Assembly: GCA_965112155.1 (NCBI GenBank)
Contig: OZ218101.1
DNA length: 64,000 bases
Source of the DNA: Podarcis liolepis
Lineage: Eukaryota
Strand: one strand, 5' to 3'
Positions 12,501 through 21,200 of the stretch are shown here, one piece after another; position 1 is the stretch's first letter, and each line of letters starts with the position of its first letter. A model generated the notes under the pieces. The model saw nothing but the letters and a program-made list of their open reading frames with translations, had not been told where the DNA came from and made no database searches. The translations under genes were made by a program, and so were the position numbers.

Positions 12501-15500
12501 AAGGAGCTGTTGACTGAAAGTGTTCAGCCCGTCTGCCACTTATGACAACACCATTTAAAACCATTTAACAATCACTTTCAAAAAACCAAGATTTTGTACT
12601 CTGCATCTGTTTACATTTTGAAGCCTAATTTGAGCATAAAGCCCAACTTTTGCCTTTTGGATCCCAGAGGCCTGATTTCCCTGCCCAATTACCACCCACC
12701 CACTTCCTCTTCTCCACCACTTTCTGCTGCACATTGAGCAGCTGCCCTGGAGAGACAAGGCCTGGGACCCCTGCCGCTTGCTCTTGGCCAGGCTCTCTCC
12801 CACCCTCCCTCTCTGGGGCTGATTCGTTCTTCCTCCCTCTTCCAACGCCCTCTGCTGCTGCTCCTTCCCTTGCCTGTCTCATTCCTTTTTCTCCTCTTTG
12901 GCAGGATCTGAACTCTGGCTCTTAGCTTCTCACCAGGCCTTCAGGTTCTCCGATAACTTTGATTCTTGCCGTTAAAAGTTTCCCAAGGCCTTGTAATCAA
13001 ATCAAATAGCTCCTTCTCTGATGTGTCTCATCTCCTGCTAAAGCAACTGGCTCTACTCCATTTTCCTGCTGGTACCACATTTGCACTTCAGATAAAGTTC
13101 TCTTGTTCCCGTCTCTCTCTGTTACTTCATCCTAGTGTTTCTGTGAGGTTTCATGCACACTTTAAAAATGTGTAGCTGGTATGAATAGTTCTGACTCTTA
13201 TTTGTTTTAGACACAGGTAGGTAGCCGTGTTGGTCTGACGCAGTCGAAATAAAAATTAAAAAATAAAATTGTCCAATACTGCCTTATAGAGCAACTAAGT
13301 TTGTTCTGGTATAAGCTTCTGTGTGCATGCGCACTTCTTCGCTTCTTTTACAACTACCTCTCGTGTCCCCTTGTCCCCCCTCTTGACTATGGCTCGGATT
13401 CTGATCTCCTGACCTGTTGCTCAAGGCTTCCTAACAACACCCTGCAGGCTCAGTCTCCCACCAACACCTTCGGCCAACATCTCCCCACTGTCCTCTCTCG
13501 GCTGCCCTGCATTCTTCCTCCGAGGGCCCCCACCCCCCAAGACACTCACCTCTTTGGGAAGCAGCGATATGAAATCGCGCTGGAATTGGGGCTCAATCAC
13601 TTGCATCATGTGCTTGATCTGAGGCGGCTCACAGCCGTCAATGAGCTCATCCAGAGCCAGCAGCTTCTCTGGGCCGCTCCAGCGCTGGCGGGAGAAAGGA
13701 GTAAGGGGAGATCAAGCCCAAAAGCCAGGACTGCAGCCCGTCTCTGCGCCAGAACCAAGGCCACAAAGCAGCCCATAAAAGCAATCAAGGCAAAAGCTTT
13801 GTAGCTTTCTAAATGTTGAAACACCACCAATGCATCAGCTCACTTTTAAGATCAAACCCCTAAAACAAAATAGGAAATGAGAAAGACACCACAGCACAAC
13901 ATCTGCCAAATGCCGTGGAAAAAGGCCTTTGCCGAATGTCAGAAGGTCAGCTGCCAGCCAGCCAGAAAGCAGAGCCCTGCTCTGGCTCCAGCCGAAGGCC
14001 TCAGGCATGACACACAGACAGGCGCCTCTGCCTGCCGCTCACCTGGAAAGTGCGCAGCCAGTCCTGCAGCTCAGGGGGTGGTGTCATTGGGGGGACATGC
14101 CGGCAGCGCGCCTGGCCTGCCTTGGCGTTCCGCAAATCCCCAAAGGTGGCCGTGGGGCTAGCGACACAGGGGCCCAGCACTCTGGAGAGGAAGCAAGTAT
14201 GTCAGGAGAATGCCATGGCCAGGGGCCCAAGTCAAGAGTCCTGCTGGAGACAGACCCCCTGTCTCCCCCGGCACCTTGCAGGAGCTCCCAAGCGCCACCC
14301 GCAACCTCCTCACCTGCCCCTCTCCGAGCCCTTGCACAGCTTCTTGCCAGGCGACTGGGCTCTGCCATCCGGGCCGCTCTCTGACTTGCGCTTCATCTGC
14401 AATGCAAAGAGATGGGGCGGATCCAGGAAACCCTTCAGCTCCGCAAGAAGACAGGCTATGCACTGCACGCAGCACCCCCTCCTGATGCACAGCGCTGCAT
14501 CAGGTCAAGTGGGGACCCTTCTTGCCGCCTCCACCGCACAGCAGCCATGCCAGGACCCCCATGCCTCCTGCCTCCCCAAAAGACTGGAAGGTTGAACACT
14601 TTCTCTCAGAACACAGATCTACAAACTGTGCTTTGGGAGAACAACCTCGTAAGGGCAGGAGGTGGGGAAGAAAGACGCAGCATGCAGCAGCCCTCTCCCC
14701 ACCTGACGGCCTTTGCCTGTCATCCTTGGAGCCTTGATGGCCAGAACACACCCGAGAATCACAAGAGCCTGCTGGGTGCGGCCAGGCCCATCAAGTAAAG
14801 ATAAAGGACCCCAGTTTAAGTCCAGTCAAAGGTGACGATGGGGTGCTGTGCTCATCTCACTTCACCCTGAGGGAGCCGGTGTTTGTCCACAGACAGTTTT
14901 TCCAGGTCATGTGGCCAGCAGGACTAAACCGCTTCTGGCACAACCGAACACAGTGACGGAAATCAGAGCGCACGGAAATGCCATTTACCTTCCTGTCACA
15001 GAAGTACCAATTTATGTACTTGCACTGGCATTCTCTCAAACTGCTAGGTTGGCAGAATCTGGGACAAAGCAACAGGAGCTCAGCCCATTGTGCAGATTCA
15101 AAAAGGGATGTGAATGGGAGTGTGGTCTAAACCACACTGACCCTCTTGGGCTTGCTGATCAGAAGGCCCGTCCAGTCCAGCCCTCTGTCCCCACAGTGGC
15201 CAACCAGGTGCCCATTAAGGAAACCCCCAGGCACAATCTGCCCAAGAACAACACTCCCCCCACCCCTGGTCACCTGTCCAGCACCTGCTTTTCAGAGGCA
15301 TCGCTGCCTCCTACTGCGCAGGGCAGAGCATGGTTAGCCATAGTGGCTAGCTGCCCCCAACAGCCCCTCCTCCATGAACTGCAGACTTAAAATCTGCACA
15401 GGAAAAATGTGCTCCGACTTCAAAAATTCCTCCACTGAGGAGGGAAAAAAAGATATAACAAACACGGCATTAAATTCAAGAGCTCCCCCCCCCCACTCGT

Positions 15501-16667
15501 TTTGGTCAGCACAGTCCCTTGGCTGCACCCCTGAGAAACGGTCAGCACAAGCACTGATGCCACAGACATTTCCAGGAGGAACCTGAAGGTCCTGGCCAGC
15601 CTCCCTGGGCCAAAGAGAAGACCAGCCCCCTGGCATGGACACTCTCAGCTGCTGCTGCACCCCGGAGCCCCAGTCCTTTCTCTGGGCTCCCTTCCCCAGG
15701 CAGCTCCCGAAGAGGAGAAGCGTCCGCTGGATCTGGCCCACCCCGGGCAGCCTCCTGCTCTGCCGGGGTCTCCCTCCTCCGGTTCTCTCCCCCCGCAGCC
15801 CCTTCTTCACCTTCGGCCGCGTGTGCCGGATGAGGCCGCCGCCCTCCGTCCGCTCCAGGTAGTCGATCCAGCGCTCGTCCACCGTGTAGTAGAAGTAGAC
15901 GTCCCCGCCGCCGCCGCTGCCGCCGCTCTCCTCGCCATCGCTGCTGCCGCCGCCGCTCGTCTCATCCTCGGAGTCGGGAGCGCCCGGCGGGCAGGAGCTG
16001 CCCGGCTCCTCCTCCTCCGGCTCCGCCTCGGCCGCCAAGCAGGCCGGCGCCCAGCTCTCCCGCTGCCCGGGACGCGGCGGCGACTGAGCCGCCTCCTCGC
16101 CCGGAGCCTGCGGGGGGAAGCGGGCCGCGGGGTTGAGCGAGCCTCGGCCCAGCCGCCCGCCCCCCGCCCGGCTCTCTTCCGCCCGCCTCCCGCCCGCCAA
16201 GCCCACCTCGGGCGCCGGACAGGCGGCTCCGGCGGCTCCTCGGGCGGGCTCCGGCTGCTGCTGCGGCGGCGGCTCGCAGGTCATCCGCTGGCTGTTCAGC
16301 TCCAGGATCCGCGCCGTGATCCCCTTGACGCGCAGCAGGTCGTCCAGGGAGGCGAAGCCCTTCAGCTCCTGGCGGGAGAGGGGCGCCCCGTCACGCACCG
16401 AGAGGAGGGGAGAGGAGCCCCCGGAAAGCCCCCCCCCCAAAGCGGGGCCCGGGGAGGGAAGCAGCCCCCCTCCCGGTGGGGGGAGGGAAGGGAGCGGGCC
16501 CCTCGGACGCCTGGGTCCCTCACCTCCCGCTTGCGCACGATGCCCCGGGCCCGGCGGCGCCCGATGCCGACCAGCGCCCGCTCCAGCTCCGCCACGCAGG
16601 CCCGGTTGATGTCCAGCTTGCCCCCGCCGCCGCCGCCGGGGCCCGGCCCGCCCGCCGATCCCGACAT
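9516..16667 (-). CDS. FBXW7 paralogue with N-terminal ComEA-like helix-hairpin-helix domain (HhH-D domain-F-box-WD40), 740 aa
   Basis: 13 GT-AG exons: 16667-16524, 16368-16207, 16107-15811, 14396-14314, 14181-14043, 13684-13550, 11882-11759, 11676-11540, 10956-10843, 10757-10576, 10492-10267, 10188-9978, 9784-9516; total 2223 nt, in frame. FBXW7-like motifs: [67 protein letters not shown]...[13 protein letters not shown]. Exons 1-2 encode [55 protein letters not shown]. Confidence 0.9.
13214..13340. mobile_element. Penelope-like element terminal fragment
   Basis: GTAGCCGTGTTGGTCTG...A-rich...AACTAAGTTTGTTCTGGTATAAGCTT...CACTTCTTC resembles reptile Penelope termini. Confidence 0.55.
14796..15102 (-). 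mobile_element. Sauria SINE (degenerate)
   Basis: Reverse complement of the Sauria SINE tail and body (GGTCATGTGGCCAGC, AACTGCTAGGTTGGCAGAA); similar to the copy at 39028. Confidence 0.7.
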
Positions 16668-16736
16668 CGCCGCTGCCGCCGCCGCCGCCCGGACTCGGCC
16701 GGACTGCGCTTGCGCCCCCGCCGCCGCCCCTCCCTC

Positions 16737-16856
16737 AACTACAGCCCCCAGCAGGCATTGCGAGACGAGACGAGACACTTCCGCTTCGAGAGAAAAGCGC
16801 TTTATTCAGAGCGAGGCGGCGGCGGCCCAGACGAAGCCCCGCCCCCCGTGGCGTCA
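16737..16856 (-). promoter_or_regulatory. Predicted core promoter of the FBXW7-like gene (ZNF143/THAP11-type SBS, ETS, GC box, half-CRE)
   Basis: Plus-strand text: AACTACAGCCCCCAGCAGGCATTGCG at 16737-16762 (ACTACA-extended Staf/ZNF143 motif), CACTTCCGC at 16776-16784, CCCCGCCCCC at ~16837-16846, GCGTCA at 16851-16856. Confidence 0.65.
16801..16806 (-). terminator. RRP8 polyadenylation signal AATAAA
   Basis: TTTATT on the plus strand, about 48 nt past the RRP8 stop. Confidence 0.75.
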
Positions 16857-19800
16857 CCGCCGCTTGTAGAGGCAGGGGCGGAGCGCCAGGCCCGGAAGAG
16901 CCCCTTCGCCCCGCCCCTTCCGCTTCGCCGCTTCCGCCTTGCGCAGCTCGAAGGTGAAGAAGTGGCTGCCCGTCACGTCCTGCAAGGAGAGGAGAGGAGA
17001 GGAGAGGGAAGGCCATGCGGAGGCGCGCGCGGGCCGGAGGGGACCTCGCGCGGCCCCCGGGAGGGAGGAGGGAGGGAGGGAGGGAGGAGACCCACCTTGC
17101 GGAGGAGCCGGAAGCCGAGCCGGGCCAGCGCCGCCCCGAAGGCCCGCACGTCCGGGAAGCGGCTGGCCACCTCGGCCACCAGGAGGGTCCCCCTGCGAGG
17201 AGAGACGGAGGGGGGAGGTCAGCCCGCGGGGCGGCAGGAAGGACCAGCGGGGAGGCTGAGCGAATCCTCCAGCCGGCAGAAGCATCCCTGAGCAGGACAT
17301 CCCCCCCCCCCGGTGTGTGTGTCAGGAGGGCACCTGCAGGACCCGGGAGGGGCTGGGAGAAGGCTTGGTCGGGGCCCCAAAGAGAGGGGCCCCAAATGCT
17401 ATAGGTCATTGTTTTTGCTGGTGCTTTGAATGGTTACCAATCATGTAATCCTTTCCCCCTAAGCAGTCCAGGGAACACTTGCTTCTTTTATTATTGCATT
17501 TCACGTCAGGAAACCTCAGAGGGTGCCTCAGAAACAGCCCCTTCCCACCTTCGGAAATTTAAAATGTCTCTTTTACAGTATTTCATGTCCTGTAACCCAG
17601 CCAGATGGGCCGGATACAAGCAATAAAATTATTATTATTATTATTACTATTATTATTCACAATGACCCAGAGCTGCTGCGTCGGATCCTGTGGCCGACAT
17701 GTAGCCACTGAGAGCCTTCCTTCTCTCTCCAGGGCTTCAGACCCAGGGGTCCTTCTCTGAGCTCTGCCTGGAGCTGCCATGGGTGGGTGTGAGTGGGTGA
17801 ACCCAAGACTTCTGCCTGGGAAGTCTCCACTCCCACCAAAGCTCTTCCTGACCAGAGAGTCACATCCTTCTCCTCGCGACTTGTTTTCAAAGGCAATTGA
17901 TGCCGAGGACTGATTTTAAAGGATGCAAGCAAACTTTAGATCAGGGGGGCTTCATGCATATTTTCAGGACTGTTTTGATACTGAAATAGAAAATACATAA
18001 ATAGTGGTATTTTCAATATTCAAGTTAGTTATGCTGAAATTTTGCTACTAAACAGATTTAGCTGATTCACTGCCTCAAGGCTCTTTGCAACCATCATTAA
18101 TTCATTGCCTAAATATTAATAAATGTATATTAACATAATCCTTTATTTTAGTAATATCTTTTGCTTAAGCTGTTGTTATTTCAGTTTTCTGTACAACACT
18201 TAAAAAGATTCTGACTATATCTCTATTAATATATTATTAATATTTTAATATTTCTGACTAGAAAACCCAGTCAGATGGGCAGAGTATTATTTTTATTATT
18301 AAGCAGCATAGGTATTAAATATCATCATCCCCATATGACAGCCATAGGTTTTGACTGAGCTGGCAGTGCCCTGATCAGCCATTTCACGTGTCCCCCTCCC
18401 TGCCACAGCCCCTCCCATGCCAGTGAGCCCAGGACCCCACAATTACCCAACTCGTAGCACACGGTTGGCCTCTTCCAAGATCTCCTGCAGGTTAGTACCC
18501 ATCAGTGCCAGGCAGAACACAGCCACGTCAACAGATTCATCATCCAGGGGGACCTGCACAGAGGGAGCAAAAAGAGGGAGGCACAATCGGAAAAGCATGT
18601 GTGTGAGGTAGTCATAGAATCATGGAGCTGGGAGGGACACCCAAGGGCCGTCTAGTCTAACCCCCTGGAATGTAGGAATCACACTCAATGCAGCCCTGAC
18701 ACGTGGCTGTCCAAGCTCTGCTTAAAAGCCTCCAGTGAAGCAACGCCCACCTGCATGGGCTCATCACACAGCTGTTCCCAAGCCTGGAGAAGGCAGGTGC
18801 TGTGAGGAGGCCCTCCCCCCAACCTACCTGGGCCATGTCGCAGACAATGACTCGGGGGTCCAGAGCCACCAGGTCAAAACAGTGGACTTTGTTCCGCACG
18901 CTGCGTGCCAGCATGCAGTCCCCGCAACCGAAATCTGCCACCACGAGTGATGCTGGTCTGTGAGGGGAGGGGCAAAGTTAGACCGTGCACCCATCCTGTC
19001 AAACACTTCTATACGTTAACTATGACATTGCAACACGCGCGGATGTTTGCTTAACCAGCACATGTTGAAGGGGGGGAGCCGGCCAATCCCCCCCCATCGT
19101 TACCTCTGACGCAGGTAGCGCACAAAGCGCTGCACAGGGTTTTCAGGCCACTGGGCCACCTGCCGGGCAAAGCCCCGGTGATACACTGCCAAGGCCTCAG
19201 GGTCATCCTGGAAGAGCTGGACCGCCTGCTGGCTGGAGGATGTGTAGAGCTGCTGGTTGATGAAGCGGAAGCGCGCAGACTCCAGCCGCTCCTCCATGCG
19301 CAGCCGCAGGGACGCTGCCCTTTCGCTGAGAGGTTCCTGGCCTGCTGGATCTTCCTGGCTGCTGGGGGGCTCCTCTGCTGCTGCTGCAGAGGCCAAAGGG
19401 GGCTCCTCGCGGCCCAGCCCTGCCTTGAACCTGTTCTGGCGACGCTTGTTCTTCTGGCGGTTCTTCCACTGTCTCCTGGTCAGCCGCTGCCTTGGCTCCT
19501 CCTCTGGGTCCTTTGCCCCAGCGCTCCTCTGCTTGCTGCTGGGCTCAGGGTCTCCACCTCCAGCCGCTTTGTCTGGACAGGGCAAGGACAGAGGTGCTCA
19601 GCCCTGGGCTCCATCGCTCCCCCTCTCTAGAGTCCAGGGCTCTGTGCACTGACTGCTGGTGGCCACAACCCTCTGGGGTTCCAGGCAGAGGACCAGCCCC
19701 CAGCCCACCCGGAGAGGCCCCCAGGGACTGAGATGCAGGGAAGGTTCCATAAGATTATAAGAGCCTAGTCCAGCATCATGGCCTTACAGTGGACCACCCT

Positions 19801-20257
19801 GATGGGAAATCCCCAAGCAGAGCCTCAGCAAAGGAGCATAGCCGTCGAGAGTCCCGCCCCCCGAACCCCCCCGACCCGCCTTTGCACCCCGGGCAATTCT
19901 CTCGGCATCACCTGCTCGGGGCGCCGGCTCCTCCTTCCGGGCCGGGAGGCGCTGCTGCTGCTGCTGCTGCGATCGCGGAGCTCCGGGGGGCGACCCCGCC
20001 TGCGGCCCCTTCCTGGGGCGCTTCCTCTCCGGCTGCTGCTCGGCCTCCGAGTCCGACGCGCTGCTGCCTCGGCCGGAGGAGGAGGAGGACGGGGAGGGCG
20101 GGCGCGGCGCCGAGCTCTGCAGGCGGCGCAGGGTGGCCAGGAGGCGGCGGCGCGCGGCGGGGCTGGGCGGGGGGCGGCCCCCCGAGGGACTCGCCTCGGC
20201 CCGCGGGCCCGCCAGCGCCAGCTCCGCCGCCTCGCCCCACGGCGCCTCCGCGAACAT
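16854..20257 (-). CDS. RRP8: Ribosomal RNA-processing protein 8 (nucleomethylin, SAM-dependent methyltransferase), 424 aa
   Basis: Exons 20257-19912, 19572-19104, 18957-18828, 18553-18447, 17192-17096, 16979-16854 (1275 nt, in frame). Motifs [45 protein letters not shown]. Confidence 0.93.
18612..18740 (-). mobile_element. CR1 LINE 3' tail
   Basis: TCATAGAATCATGGAGCTGGGAGGG...GTCTAGTCTAACCCCCTG is the reverse complement of the CR1 3' end with its (ATTCTRTG) tail. Confidence 0.65.
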
Positions 20258-21200
20258 CCTCCCGGGGAAAGAGGCGGCAGCAGCAGCCCGGGCGCTCACG
20301 CTGGCGGAAGTTCCGGGTCCCGAGAGACCCCCTCGCCGCCAGCGCCGCACGCGGGCTCCCCCTGCCGCCCGGAGGCCGTTCCTGGGGCGCGCCTGGGGGA
20401 GCAGAGTCCGCCTGTCTGGGAGGGAGGCGGGGCGCCCGGGAGCCTTTGCAGCGCCGCCTGGTGGCGCCCGTGGCCGCTGCCGCGGAGCCTCTGCTGCCGG
20501 GCGGGGCGGGAGCGGCGGGGCCGGGAGGGGGCGGTCTCCGCGGGAGCCGTCCGAGGGAGCGGCGGGGAGGAGCCGAGCCGACGGGACGCGCCACACACGG
20601 AGCCGCCGCCGCGACCGGGCACGGTAAAGGGGACGCGAGACGGGGCTCGCCCGGGGTCGGGGTGGGGCAGCCCGGCCGCTCGCCTGGCAGCAGCCCCGGC
20701 CACGCCCGTCCGTCGCTGCCCTAGCCCGACGGGGGCCCGGGAGGGCGGCTCCCGCTCTCTTGCCCCGGGACCCTGGGGGGGCCGCTCAGCTGTCGGGCAG
20801 CGCCGCCTCGCGCCCTGCCCCGCTCCCAGGAAGCGGCTCTGCTGCGGAAGGGCGGCGTCGGGGGGCTCCTGCCCGGACCTAGAGCCCAGATTCTCGGCTC
20901 CAGAGCAGGACGTCGGGGCGGCTGCCTATCGCCCTCTTCCCACCGGGAACCCGCCCTGAATCGGGACCGTTACTCGGGGCGGGTGGGACGCCCGAGCAGC
21001 GGGGGCCCGCCGGGTTGCGGGGCGAGGGGGCTCCGACCGCGGGCTGACCCTCCCCGCCCTCCTTTGGCAGGAGGGACCATGGACGACATCTTCACCCAGT
21101 GCCGGGAGGGCAACGCCGTGGCCGTGCGCCTCTGGCTGGACAACACGGAGAACGACCTCAACCAGGGGTGAGTGGGGAGCGGGAGGGAGGGAGGGAGGGA
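19850..21200. promoter_or_regulatory. CpG island / bidirectional RRP8-ILK promoter
   Basis: Head-to-head genes (RRP8 ATG 20257, ILK ATG 21079); paired ETS cores GCGGAAGTTCCGG at 20304-20316; GC boxes; probable non-coding ILK exon 1 with donor at 20623/GTAAAG. Confidence 0.8.

Larger units (their letters stand above)
15800..17300. promoter_or_regulatory. CpG island covering FBXW7-like exons 1-3 and the last two RRP8 exons
   Basis: Very high GC and CpG density relative to the flanks. Confidence 0.8.

Noticed and set aside
14703-14723. Possible alternative first exon (MTGKGRQ|GTGGGG) analogous to FBXW7 beta/gamma
   Set aside because: Only 7 codons, weak donor, no promoter features, next to a SINE; unsupported.
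19778-20959. Long Arg/Gly/Pro-rich ORFs in CpG islands (also 15823-16869 and 29686-30372)
   Set aside because: Stop-codon depletion in very GC-rich DNA.
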